From the NCBI RefSeq assembly GCF_006345805.1, contig NC_043005.1, positions 5,828,001 through 5,892,000 of the forward strand: a DNA stretch of 64,000 nt, given 5' to 3'. Of this stretch, positions 40,701-51,466 are shown piece by piece; positions within the stretch are counted from its first letter, which is position 1; every line of letters begins with the position of its first letter. The DNA is from Octopus sinensis. Its lineage: Eukaryota. The position numbers and the translations under genes are program-made. The notes beneath the pieces were generated by a model that saw only the letters and a list, made by a program, of their open reading frames with translations, ran no database searches and was not told the DNA's origin.

Positions 40701-43333
40701 CATCATCATCATTTCTTAGTCATTGTTTTAACAATTGCCTTCATCATCATCACTTATCATTGTCATCATCATCATGTGCTATACTCCACCAGAGCCTGGA
40801 CAAAATACCATATTCTTCCTTGATGATGGAATGAAAGTGACTGTCTTGGAGGTCCCCCTCTTCCTTTCCCACCTCACCTCATCTTTCCCACAGTTGCTGT
40901 GCAGCTGATTTGAGAGAGAGAGGGGGAGGGGGGAAGTGAGAGTGGGGAATCAACCCTGGTATTTGACTGGTACCTTATCTTCATTGGGAGGCTGAAAGGC
41001 AAATTTGACCTCAGCAGGATTTGAACTCAGAAAGCCAAGAGCCAAAACAAATCCCACAGAACATTTGTCTGACTCCCCTAATCATTCACCACCACCCTTA
41101 TACACAGTTTCTTTTATGTTCTTTGGTTTGGAATATTTGGTTTGAGATATTAATAATCTCTGAGGCAGAACTGGCAGCAGATGCTCACCAAGATGCTTTG
41201 CAGTATTTAGTTGTGGCCAGGTGGTGAGCTGGCAGATTCGTTAGCACAGCAGGTAAAATGCTAAGCAGCATTTTGTCTGTCTTTACGTTCTGAGTTCAAA
41301 TTCTGCCCAGGTTGATTTTGCCTTTCGTCCTTTTGGGGTTGATAAAATAAGTACCAGTTGAGCACTGGGGTCAATATAGTTGAGTTACCCCTCCTTTAAA
41401 ACGTTGCTGGCCTTGTGCCGAAATTTGAAACCAATATTTAATTGTGGCAAGCTGGCAGAGTCTTTAGCATGCCAGGCAAAGTGCTTAGTGGCATTTCGTC
41501 TGTCTTCACATTTTGAGTTCAAATTTTGCTGAGGTTGACTTTGCCTTTCATCCTTTCAGGGTCAATAAAATAAGTACCATTTGAACACTGGGGGGGTCAA
41601 TGTAATTGACTAGCTCCCTTCCTCAAAATTTTGGGTCTTGTGCATATAGTAGTTTAATAATGGAAGGCAAGGTTTACGTCTCCTTCCATCATCTTTCTTG
41701 TTCTTCATGTAGTTCAGGCTTTGGCAGGCGAAGAGAAAAGACTTCAAGTACAACTGCTATTTACAACTGGTTTATTTACTGGAAAGGGTGAAGTGTGCTG
41801 CTCTCAGCTACCATCTTAAACTCCGATTGTGTGGGTGCATTGCCTCTGGAGACAGGCAGAAAGCTCTGCCAGTGTTGGTGTTCAGCCAGTGCTGCTGTGT
41901 AATGGCGCCAAAAGAGACAGGTCTGAATCAGTTTTCCGTCTACATCGTTTCCATCGTGAGCCTCGTTGTGATCTCACGCATGGCAAATAGATACAGGTGA
42001 GGTCTCGCTCCAGTCTTGGAGATGGCAATAAGCTACCATGAGATCTCATCCAATATGGCACTGGCTGCCTGTGCTGCTACAGTAGAATGGAATATTTAGT
42101 TGTGGCACTTGATGTTTTGTGTTCAAATCGTACTAAAGTCACCAGTAACAAGGCAGCAGAAATGACAGAAGGCCAGATCAGATATTTAGTTTTGCTTGTG
42201 TTACTTTATGTTCTCAGTTAAACTTCCACCAAAAGAGACTTCATCATTTCAGGTTTAATAATATAACTTAACCACTTTGATATCAACCTGTCTGAAACTA
42301 TTCCTGGTTCTTTGACAAAATTTCACTGTTTTAAAAACTGATCTCACTTCAAACTTTCCATCAAAATTTCATGTTCTTTTATGTTCCAAACACCAGCTTA
42401 ATCCTTTCCCCACCATGTTTCTCCTGACATACACTGCCTTTGTTTTGATTAACTTTTGAAGGTGTTTGGAACATAAATTAACATGAAAATTTTGATGGAA
42501 AGTTAGATTGTAAATCATTTTAAAACAGGAAATTTGTATCAGAACCAGGCACAGTCTAAGGTGGGATGGTATCAAAAGAGTTGAAAATGGCAAAATTATT
42601 TTACTAAATTCTTTATTTTCTAAATTAATTGAAACTAAGTCAGTCTACTTCAATAGAAATATGTTAACAAAAGAGAGTTAATAGTTTGTAGTTACTTAGT
42701 TCCACACCAGCTCTGATTAAATGGAAGTGCATAGTTTATTGGTTGGGATATTGGACTCATGATCAAAAGATTGTGGTTTCGATTCCCGGACCAGGTGATG
42801 TGTTGTGTTCTTGAGCAAAACACTTCATTTTATGTTGCTTCTGTCCATCCAGTTGACAAAAATGAGTGATCTTGTGATGGACTGGCATCCCATTTGGGGG
42901 AGAATATTGTGATTTCGGTCACTTATGTGCCATGTAAACCAGGTAACCAGTCCTGTGAGTCGATATGACTTGTGAAGGATTTTTATCCCTTTTTTCATCT
43001 GATTAAGTGGACCCTTGTTATGAAAAACTTTCCAGGTTTCTGAGGGAACTGTGTTACTTTTTCTGCCTCCTGCAGTTTCACTTAATGTGTAGGGGTTCCC
43101 TTGTTGGTTTGAATAAATAACTGTTATGTCAGTCGTGTCCCTCCTCATTAAAACTCTTGAAGCTACTAATCGTTATCGTTATCACCATTATCGTTATGTT
43201 ATTTTGATTTTTTAAAATAATATTTCTTCTCTTTCTCTTCTTCTCTCTCCAGTACATCAGAAAACATCGGAAACCAAAGCTAACTTTGAAGAAAGCCTTA
43301 AAACTGGTTGAATTAGAAGCACGGCTTCAGTAA
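19666..43333 (+). CDS. C19orf44: C19orf44/DUF4614-family protein, spliced CDS join(19666..19764,21052..21652,24228..24352,26338..26614,29872..30421,35169..35377,38033..38196,43253..43333), 701 aa
   Basis: All eight exons have GT-AG introns and matching phases (0,1,0,1,2,1,0) with no internal stop. The C-terminus [50 protein letters not shown]|[22 protein letters not shown] matches my recollection of the DUF4614 tail of C19orf44 (DMLKQQLSLTQQF...YHTLEEAKEYIR.HRP..LT.EDAL). The Ser/Glu-rich middle and NIFNIDDL motif also fit. Confidence 0.85.
20395..20645 (+). mobile_element. RTE-like LINE 3' end
   Basis: QERRL.*YGYV.CM.E.SC.KKC....G..GRG..RK.WDE.V..D...LGL: degraded RTE ORF C-terminus. Confidence 0.7.
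21052..21652 (+). CDS. C19orf44: C19orf44-like coding exon 2 ([13 protein letters not shown]...SELKT)
   Basis: Acceptor ttttag|, 601 nt open (includes track ORF 21253-21657), donor ACAG|gttagt in phase 1. Confidence 0.85.
22488..23645 (+). mobile_element. Degraded CR1-clade LINE (RT domain to 3' UTR)
   Basis: [13 protein letters not shown], decayed GVPQGS region, RIVKVWNK-like segment, and the same 3' terminal motif as 17874-18357 (ttttctga.gagtt..gtgcacct.agcactgt.tacaataa). Confidence 0.75.
23818..24044. repeat. 97-bp-arm inverted repeat with a 33-bp spacer
   Basis: 23818-23914 is the reverse complement of 23948-24044 with three mismatches. Confidence 0.95.
23899..23949 (-). ncRNA. Atypical minimal type I hammerhead ribozyme motif (G3-C8 core variant)
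   Basis: Minus strand UUUGUCA-GUGAACA-G-GUCGC-GGUCUUAUA-GCGAC-GAAA-AUAU-UU-UGACAAA: 7-bp stem I, 5-bp stem II, short palindromic stem III, UUU triplet. Confidence 0.55.
24228..24352 (+). CDS. C19orf44: C19orf44-like coding exon 3 ([27 protein letters not shown]...PKEL)
   Basis: Acceptor attccag| in phase 1, donor CTT|gtaagt in phase 0. Confidence 0.8.
24730..25005 (+). mobile_element. Non-autonomous retroposon family C (normally ends in a (GAT)n tail)
   Basis: ggttggcgttaggaagggcatccagc...ccatgctagcatgga...cgttaaacgat. Other copies at about 15530-15810, 20650-20945, 31680-31900, 38440-38950, 39600-40290, 49330-49750, 50520-50800 and 53640-53900. Confidence 0.8.
25020..25238 (-). mobile_element. 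R4/Dong-like non-LTR fragment (restriction-like endonuclease, PD..D region)
   Basis: WELC...W.E....MNENFKIL.D...QCDH...HRK.DIVVVNK....C.IIDIACPG. Confidence 0.75.
25961..26310 (+). mobile_element. R4/Dong-like non-LTR 3' end within (TAA)n
   Basis: [13 protein letters not shown]...VVIGALG...[19 protein letters not shown] (25961-26167), 3' UTR, (TAA)n on both sides. Confidence 0.8.
26338..26614 (+). CDS. C19orf44: C19orf44-like coding exon 4 (KQNKDFP...RSPSPSRK...DLSEDLSR)
   Basis: Polypyrimidine tract plus ccactag| in phase 0, donor AGAA|gttagt in phase 1. Confidence 0.85.
29872..30421 (+). CDS. C19orf44: C19orf44-like coding exon 5 ([11 protein letters not shown]...YSEDF...)
   Basis: Acceptor ttttcag| in phase 1. 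Donor GA|gtaaga (phase 2) chosen because it matches the next exon; an alternative phase-0 donor AAG|gtgacc at 30389 would need an extra unseen exon. Confidence 0.8.
35169..35377 (+). CDS. C19orf44: C19orf44-like coding exon 6 ([10 protein letters not shown]...SVATQTQ...HSVI)
   Basis: Acceptor cattacag| in phase 2, donor ATAA|gtaaga in phase 1; contains an SVATQT motif like the vertebrate AVQT motif. Confidence 0.8.
35890..36160. repeat. (TA)n/(TACA)n microsatellite
   Basis: Direct reading; similar tracts at about 23700-23815, 44075-44320, 44960-45025, 52420-52700 and 63640-63745. Confidence 0.95.
36500..36910 (-). mobile_element. Long composite tRNA/CORE-like SINE family B with an internal (TA)n
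   Basis: Head ggctgtgtggt...ggttc, CORE-like ggca.cttgggcaagtgtctt, tail gcatggccgcagtcaaatgactgaaacaag. Other copies at about 5410-5770, 6530-6845, 8550-8700, 12745-12895, 27340-27500, 45025-45290, 47820-47980, 60995-61330, 61365-61745 and 63830-64000. Confidence 0.85.
37379..37645. repeat. About 110-bp-arm inverted repeat (fold-back of a repeat also seen unfolded at about 7150-7330)
   Basis: 37379-37489 versus 37534-37645 with few mismatches. Confidence 0.9.
38033..38196 (+). CDS. C19orf44: C19orf44-like coding exon 7 (DUF4614 core)
   Basis: Acceptor gttttcag| in phase 1, donor GAG|gtgaca in phase 0; [14 protein letters not shown] motif. Confidence 0.9.
39747..40171 (+). mobile_element. 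Young 5'-truncated CR1-clade LINE inserted into a family C element
   Basis: [29 protein letters not shown]...LRGH..KL...R..F S.RV..PWNKLP with one frameshift, CpG-rich, (TAAC)n tail. Confidence 0.9.
43253..43333 (+). CDS. C19orf44: C19orf44-like terminal coding exon ([26 protein letters not shown])
   Basis: Long pyrimidine tract plus ctccag|, phase 0, TAA at 43331-43333, AATAAA at 43498 and 43581. Confidence 0.9.
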   Translation, partial: YIRKHRKPKLTLKKALKLVELEARLQ

Positions 43334-43566
43334 TTAAGTACATCCATGTTATTGGTCAGTACACAGTTTATCCGTCCACTCTCACCAGTGTCCACTTTGG
43401 CTCAACCTCTGTCCTCTTTGTGGTTACTGTTGCTGTTATCATTGTTGTTCTCAGGATTTTTATTTCAAAGACACCACATGGTTATGAATGAAAAAAGAAT
43501 AAAAGAAAAGAAGGAAAGAAAAATTTAAGAAATTACATTCCTTTCATCTCATTTCATTCATTTTTG

Positions 43567-43586
43567 TTTATTTTTTTAATAATAAA
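43567..43586. terminator. Back-to-back poly(A) signals on opposite strands
   Basis: TTTATT at 43567-43572 (minus-strand AATAAA) and AATAAA at 43581-43586 (plus), in U-rich context. Confidence 0.45.
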
Positions 43587-43784
43587 AAAAAAAATTCCCC
43601 TTGTCATTTTTCAAAATTTTCTTCATTCTTTTTTTAATTAAAAAAAAAAACGATTGAGTTCATTGAGGTAAAGATTACTTGGATTCTTCATATTGGCAAG
43701 TGAGTGGGAAGCTGTTTAATAACTTTTGTAATGGCTTAGAAGAACAATGAACCATAGCCTTGGCCTTTGCCATCTCTCTGAGAA

Positions 43785-43823
43785 TCATGAGAGATCAATA
43801 TGTTTGAAGCTCAGCTTCAACCT
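43785..43823 (-). CDS. Candidate terminal coding exon of an unidentified convergent gene (phase 0 RLKLSFKHIDLS*; phase 1 EVEAELQTY*)
   Basis: Strong minus-strand acceptor cccctttttttcaattttcaacttttag| and a minus-strand AATAAA at 43572-43567. No homology recognised. Confidence 0.4.
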   Translation of the reverse strand, partial: RLKLSFKHIDLS

Positions 43824-44125
43824 CTAAAAGTTGAAAATTGAAAAAAAGGGGAGGTTTTGTAAGAAAGTTGGTCTTGTTCCAAAGAACTGACAATCTGAGA
43901 AGGATACAGCAAAACTGAACTAAAAGGAAAACAGGTATTACAAGAACCAACCATAGTATGAGAGAAGAAGACTGTGCTGGTATTTATGTGGTGATAAAGG
44001 ATGACTGTTGCATAAAGGAGTGCCAGATGATACAAACCCACTCACAAGGCTCTTGTTGGCCCAGACATATGCATACATATATATATATATATATTTATAA
44101 ATAATATATATATATTGTATATATG

Positions 44126-44180
<55 letters not shown>

Positions 44181-44217
44181 GTATATGTATATATAAATAT
44201 ATATATAAATAATATAT

Positions 44218-44253
<36 letters not shown>

Positions 44254-44953
44254 CATATATATATGCATATGTATATATATATGTGTGTGTGTATGTATGT
44301 ATGTATACATATATATACATATGCATATATGGGTACAGGATGTCATGAACAGTAAACAACATGAAATACGAAAGCAAATGAGTTCAATATGCAAACAACA
44401 AGAGAAACAAGTGGGAAACAGGAGAAGTAACATAAAGATCGACCATTCATCAGTTGTCGGCTGTCTATCTACTCCTCATTTCGAGCATTGAATGACAAAA
44501 TGAGTCTTTGAAGACAGTTGCTTCCATAAGTGCCAAAATAAAATTTAGGACTTATGGAGGGTCAAAACAGGACAGTGGAGACATACAAGGAAACTGAACA
44601 CTAGCAAACATGGAGGGTCGTTAGACCAGAACTCAGGTAAAATAGCAAATGCTGGAGAAATATTTTCTTTAAAAAGAGAAAAGATAGTAGAGAGAGATAG
44701 AAAACATCCAGTCTCCAGTGCTTAGGATAGTCCTGAAGGAAAAGAAAGATGGCTAATGGTCACATGTGAGCAATGAGAGAGAGAAAAGGATAAAGAGGGG
44801 GGGGAGAGAGAGAGATAGAAAACAGTGAAGGGGAGCAAAAGGAAAGTGGAAAAATGGATGGGGGAGAAAACAGTATAGAGTAGAGTCACATCAAAAAGAA
44901 TACGATAACTTACTTGGAAATGGATGTGTGGCGTTAAATCAAATAATAATAAT

Positions 44954-45027
<74 letters not shown>

Positions 45028-45655
45028 CGCGGGAGTGGCTGTGTGGTAAATAGCTTGCTTACCAACCACATATTTCCAGGTTCAGTCCCACTGCGTGGCA
45101 CCTTGGGCAAGTGTCTTCTAGTATAGCCTCAGGCCAACCAAAGCCTTGTGAGTAGATTTGGTAGACGGAAAGAAGCCCATCGTATATGTATATATATGTG
45201 TGTGTGTTCGTGTGTCTCTGTTTTTCCCCCCAACATCGCTTGACAACCGATGCTGGTGTGTTTACGTCCCCGTAACTTAGCGGTTCGGTATATATATATA
45301 TATATATATATATGTAGTATAATTATCATCATGTGGCCAAGGGAAAAATATCACCTTGCTTGGAATCAGCTTGGAATCAGGTGAGGATTAGCAATAGGAA
45401 GGCTATCAAGCTGTATAAAAAAATCCACCCGACTCATGCAAGCAATGAGAACTTGACAATAATATGAAGATGATGATGATAACACTGAGTGTTAACGTTG
45501 ATGATGATGATGATAACGACAACAACGACTGGGATGATGTTGACAATGATGGTAATGATGATGGTGATGATGATGAAGATGATGATGAAAGTGATGATGA
45601 TGATGATGAGGATATATATATTTGTGAAAACACTGACCCACGTACATAAACCTAG

Positions 45656-45687
<32 letters not shown>

Positions 45688-46194
45688 ATATATATATATG
45701 CAGATACAGATTTATAACTGGATAAACGCATACACACACAAACTCACACACTTTACATTCTGAGAAACACATACACAGAAAGATACACACAAACTTACTT
45801 CCACTCACACATATTTACATAATATACGTACGCCATAACATATAAACAGACAGATGCACACACACAAACACACTCACACAAACTGATAAGCGAGAGAGAG
45901 GAAGTGTGCATGTCATGACTCGACCTGCTAGAAATAGCACACATTAGCCACTCTAGTCTTGGATATAAGCTGAAGAAAGAAAGGCATAAATAAATAAAGC
46001 ATGTTGGTCATGTATGGAATACTTTTGATCATGGTTCAAGACTACCAGATCTGGGCTACGGTTAAACCACAACAAAAATGCATGCAGACACACACATACA
46101 CACATGGATAGATAGATAGGCAGACAAACAGATAGATAGATAGATAGATAGACACAAAACATGTAGATATGCATGCATGCACAGATATACACGG

Positions 46195-46228
<34 letters not shown>

Positions 46229-46359
46229 TGTGTGTGAGTCACTGGCTTTCAGTTCCTGATGGCACAGATTAAAACTAAATTAACTCAAAGGATTCTGGGT
46301 AATATATTGTTGGTCTGATATTCTTTTGCTTTATTGTTTCATTGTGTTGTTGGTAGTGG

Positions 46360-47270
46360 TGGGCGTGGGGTGGTATTTGAGATGTAGTGGTGGTGGTGGT
46401 GGTGGTGGTAGTGGTGATGGTGGTGGCACTGGTGATGGTGTTGATGCTGCTGGCGCTCATAATAGCAATGATGATGATGGTGTTGGAGATAGCAGTAGTT
46501 GTGGTGATGATGATGTTGGTGGTATTTGTGATGGTGGTGGTGGTGGTGGTAGTGCAGGCGGTAGTACTAACAGTGGTGTTGGCGGTTTGGGTATCAGATG
46601 TAGTAGAGTTAAGGTGATAGTGTTGATTGTACAATAGTGAATGGGGGTGTTGTGGCGATGGTGGTAGTGTAGTGATGTAAACACTGACAATAACAGTATT
46701 GGTGGTGGCCCTGATGGGTGGTAATCATGTGGTAGTGACATGTAGTAATGGTGGTAGCTGCAGTATTTGTGGTTTAATAATGATGTGGTGGTGGTGGAGG
46801 TGACGGTTTTGTGGTATGGTGGTGAGTAATGATTGATGATTGTGGTGTAGTGTAGTGTGGTGGTAGTGGTTCTGTAGTGTTGGTATTGTGTGATAGTGAA
46901 GGTAGCAGTAGAGCGAAGATAGACAAGAATACAAATGTTTCAAAAGCGGCTTTTATGGTAATCAGCTTCTTTTGTTGTTGTTGTTGTTGTGTTGTTGTTG
47001 TTGTATGGTGGTGGTGGTATCGGTGATGGTGGTGTGGTGTGGCGGTGGTTAAGTTGTATGGTGATGGTGGTGGTGGTTGTTGTGTTAATGATGATAATGT
47101 TGGTTAGTTGTGGTGGTGATGGTGTTGTTGTTGGTGTTGATGGTGGAGATGGTGGTGATAGTGGTGTTGGTGGTGGTGGTGATGTTAGTGTTGGTTATAG
47201 TGGTGATGGTGGTAGTGATGGTGTTACAGTAGAGGTGGTGTTCGTTTTGTTGGTGCTGTTGTTGTTAGTG
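46360..47270. repeat. Degenerate (GGT)n/(GAT)n/(TGT)n low-complexity region
   Basis: Direct reading; the complementary (ACC)n type occurs at 62500-63100 and (ATC)n at 40390-40780. Confidence 0.9.
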
Positions 47271-48109
47271 ACATAACAATGGTGCTATTCTTAAGTAACT
47301 CCAGTCAACCATTGCTGACAGCAGAATCTTGTTCCTGCCGCTGAATCACCAAACTTATGATCAAACATTCCAGACATGACCACCCTGTCGTTATTTCAGG
47401 TTGTTCTGTCTGGAACTTTGATATCCAATCTCTCCTTTTAATATCAGTCAGTCGATCCTGGGCCCATCACATTCAGTAATAGCAAATTACTATGCCAATC
47501 CAGAGATGTAATTAGCCAGATCCAATGCTGTACAACAGATCCAGGGCCAATCACATCCAATATAGGATCATCATCATTACCATTATCTTCATCTTTCATC
47601 ACTATCATCATCATCATCATCATCATCATCATTCTAATGTCTACTTTTCCAAGTTTTATTGAGGCAGATTTCCTATGGCTGGATGTCACCAATCTTCTCC
47701 TGTTTCCAAGCAAGGTAATATTTCTCCATGACCAGTCATGTCACAGAATATTGGAAATGAATGACACTGCTTGTATAACAGTGACACTCATTTACAGCTA
47801 TCATGCAGCACACACACACACACACACACACATGCTTCTTTTAGTTTCTGTCTACCAAATCCACTCATGAGGCTTTAGTCAGCCTGGGGCTATAGTAGAT
47901 AACACTTCCACCAGATGTTGTGAAGTGGGACTGAACCTGAAACCTTGTGGTTGGGAGGCAAACTTCTTAAGCATACAGCCACAAAATTCTTTGTCAACTG
48001 AATGAACCAGATTTAACTAGATATTACTTAATAGGGGTGGGCATGGCTGTATGGTGAAGAAGTTTGCTTCCCAACTATGTAGTTGAGGGTTTAGTCCAAT
48101 GGCATGGCA

Positions 48110-48575
48110 CTTTGTGTGTGTGTTTGTGTGTGAGTGTGTGCGTGAGTGAGTGAATGTGTGTGTGAGTGAGTGAGTGTGTGTGTGAGTGAGTGTGTGTGTG
48201 AGTGAGTGAGTGTGTGTGTGTGTGAGTGAGTGAGTGTGTGTGTGTGTGAGTGAGTGAATGTGTGTGTGAGTGAGTGAGTGTGTGTGTGAGTGAGTGAATG
48301 TGTGTGTGAGTGAGTGAGTGTGTGTGTGAGTGAGTGAGTGTGTGTGTGTGTGAGTGAGTGAGTGTGTGTGTGTGTGAATGTTTGTGTGAGTGAGTGTGTG
48401 TGTGTGTGAATGTATGTTTGAGTGAGTGTATGTGTGTGTGAGAATGTGGTCAGAGAGTGAGTGAGTGTGTGTGTGTGTGTGTGAGTGATTGTGTGTGTGA
48501 GTGAGAGTGTGCATGTGTGAGTGTGTGTGTGTGAATGAGTGTGTGTGTGAGTGTGTGTGTATGTGTGTGTGTGTT
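48110..48575. repeat. (GT)n/(GAGT)n compound microsatellite
   Basis: Direct reading. Confidence 0.95.
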
Positions 48576-48895
48576 GTTTTGACATTGTGAAATAGTTGGT
48601 GGTGATGATGATGATGATGATGATTTACTGTGCTAATGAAATCTAATCGACCAAAACATTTCCATATCTGTTGATTGTCTGCAAAGAACCAGTTTTTTTT
48701 TCTCCTTCCAGTAAAACATGTAAATTAAATTCCTAAATTCTTGAAATTAATCTTCATTTTTCTTTGAGAGAGTTATGAACAATTGCTGCCAGGTTTTTTT
48801 TTCCGTCTCAGAAGGAAATTTCAATTTATTAAGAATTTCGTGTGTGAGAAAGAGAGAGGGAGAGGGGGAGAGATAGAGATAGAGAGAGAGAGAGG

Positions 48896-48947
<52 letters not shown>

Positions 48948-50199
48948 TGCATGCGTGTGTGTGTGCACGTATGGCATTCTCTATATTTTATCCTTTAAAT
49001 TCGTTAGCTAATTTTGAATATTTCTATGGGTTGATTACATTTTTGATTATGCAGATTATAATCTTTATTCTTTTACTCTTTTCCTGGTTTCAGTCATTGG
49101 ACTGTGGCCATGCTGGAGGACTGTTTTGAAAAGATCAGTCCAATAGTTACTTTATTTGTTTTGGACTTATTCTATCAGGTCCTTTTGGTCGAACTGCTAA
49201 GTCATGGTGGTGCAAGTAAGTCAATACTGATTGTCAAGCAGCATAAAAGGAAGACCAAAACAGAGACACATACATACATACTTACCTACATGCAAATATA
49301 TGTGTGTGTGTGTGTGTGTATCATCATCATCATCATCATTGTTTAACATCCGCTTTCCATGCTAGCATGGCTTGGACGATTTGACTGAGGACTGGCAAAC
49401 CAGATGGCTGCACCAGGCTTCAATCTTGATCTGGCAGAGTTTCTACAGCTGGATGCCCTTCCTAATGCCAACCACTCTGAGAGTGTAGTGGGTGCCTTTA
49501 CATGCCACCAGCACGGGGCCAATCAAGCAGTAGTGGCAATGACCTTGCTCGAATCTTCTACACTGTCACCGGCACAGGTGCCAGTAAGGCGATGCTGGTA
49601 ATGATCACGAATGGTGTCTTTTATGTGCCACCGGCACGGAGGCCAGATGGCTGCTCTGGCAATGATCACGCTCAGATGGTGCTCTTAATACCTTACTAGC
49701 ATGGGGCTCGAGTGCCAGTAAGGCGATGCTGGTAATGATCATGCTCGAATGGTGCCATATATATATATATGTATGTGTGTGTATAGTGTACATCCTATAA
49801 GGATCTACTTGGTTTTTGTCAAGCTGATGCACCCACAAGGCATTGGTTGGTTTGGGATTATAGCAGAAGATACTTGCCCGAAGTGCTGCCACTGGAGTTT
49901 GAACCTGTAACCATGTGGTTGCGAAGCCAGTTTGTGAGCCAAACAGTCACACCTCTGCTTATACTGGTCAAAAATGATTTATAACTCTCCTCTAATCTGT
50001 GAAAATTTTTGTTACTGTAAACAAACCGTCGTGAGTAGCGTTATACTATGCTGGTGAGGTCTAATAGACTGAAACATGTCCATTGTTATGGTACCTTGCC
50101 TGGAAACAAAACTCAGACTTTCCTTGGTTTGCAGGCCTGTCCCACTGAAGTGTCTACAACATGTTCAGCATCATTAAGAGTCAGTGGATAGAAGTCCAT

Positions 50200-50460
50200 C
50201 ATGTTGGATATATAATCACATTATCAATGAGACCATTGGATGCTGTCACACACCGCTGGTCACACTGTGCTGTCTTGATTGTGTCATTCTTTCCCATCTT
50301 GACCAAAATTGCTGAACTAAATTGTCTTTCCATCATTGTGGAGGCCTTCCAAGTGGCCCTTTCCGGTCCCTTGGATACCAATCAACAACTGCACAGATCC
50401 GTCTGTTGTCTGTGAACCCTGTGACATGTCTAGTCCAGAAGAAATTGTGCTTCTAGTATT
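50200..50460 (-). mobile_element. Degraded RTE/BovB-like LINE 3' fragment
   Basis: WTRHV.GFTDNRR...VVDWYPRDRK.PLGRPP.*WKD.L....W.R motif. Confidence 0.8.
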
Positions 50461-50818
50461 CTACAATCACATCGTTCACTCCACTCTGTTCTCCAATTAC
50501 ATCATCATCATCAGCATCATTGTTGTCGTTTAATGTCTGCCTTCCATGGGTGGGATGGTTTCACAAGAACCACCAGGCAAAAGCTTGCACCAGACTTCTG
50601 TGACTATTTTAGCAGGATTTTTACAGCTGGATGCCCTTCCTAACACCAACCACTCAGCAGAGTGGACTTAGTGCTTTTTATGTGGCACGAGCATAGGTGA
50701 CGTCAGTTTCGACAAGGTTTTTACAGCTGGATGCCCTTCTGAACACCAACCACTTTACAGTGTGGACTGGGTGCTTTTACGTGACACCTACACTGACACA
50801 GTCACCAAGTACTTGCAA

Positions 50819-51051
50819 GAAATTGAATAAATGACAAAGGAACAGGAAATTATGTAAAGAACTTCATTAGCTGAATGTATATGCATCAAAGCTTCAAAAC
50901 TCGAGTGGACTTCATTTTTGAAATTCTAAGGAAGTTATAAGGTGATGCCCATGCACTTAGCTCTGAGTGCACTGCATCTTGGCACAGAAACAACTGTAAG
51001 CTGATGAAGTTCATTGCATAATTTCCTGTTGGTTTGTCATTATTCAATTTC
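50819..51051. repeat. About 54-bp imperfect inverted repeat, MITE-like
   Basis: gaaattgaata.atgacaaa..aacaggaaattatg.aa.gaacttcat.agct on both arms. Confidence 0.75.
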
Positions 51052-51316
51052 ATAAACATACATTGTGTGTGTGTGTGTGTGTGTGTTATGCATGTATATA
51101 ATTAAGTAGTACAAATCAAATATAAATTGTATGACACATAATCAGCATTTAGAACTTCATGTGCAGCCTTACATATCAAAAGAGAAAACTGTAAAATGAA
51201 CTTGTGTATTATAATCCAAGTTATCTTTCACTATTCTCCATAGTTTAAAAGATCACAGCATATAGAAAAGCGAAAATTGAAGAGTTACTTCATATATTAT
51301 TTAGCTGTCATCTTAC

Positions 51317-51466
51317 ATGCATTACATTAACAATAGAATCTGTTGTATAAGGAGAAGCCTTATAAACAGTTAACATCATAAACTCTTCAGAGACTCCATA
51401 ACAAATGTAAGATTTGTAACAGGCATCAGTCAGTGTTATGGCATTATTTGCTATGTTTGTTGATAC
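51317..51466 (-). CDS. Candidate internal exon of an unidentified gene (VSTNIANNAITLTDACYKSYICYGVSEEFMMLTVYKASPYTTDSIVNVMH)
   Basis: 150 nt; only one of the three minus frames is open; ttttaag| acceptor (weak) and CAT|gtaaga donor; unique non-repetitive sequence. Confidence 0.4.

Noticed and set aside
44400-44490. Minus-strand CTGATGA in a Penelope-like repeat
   Set aside because: No downstream GAAA or stems consistent with any hammerhead topology.
45400-48585. Many poly-His, Thr, Val, Gly, Asp and HT-repeat ORFs (also 35804-36175, 44042-44433, 62511-63202)
   Set aside because: Translations of simple repeats, open on several frames and strands.
49480-49760. About 55-60-bp repeated units resembling a repeat-spacer array
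   Set aside because: Degenerate internal minisatellite of retroposon family C (also at about 15690 and 24740); eukaryotic context, no unique spacers, no cas genes.
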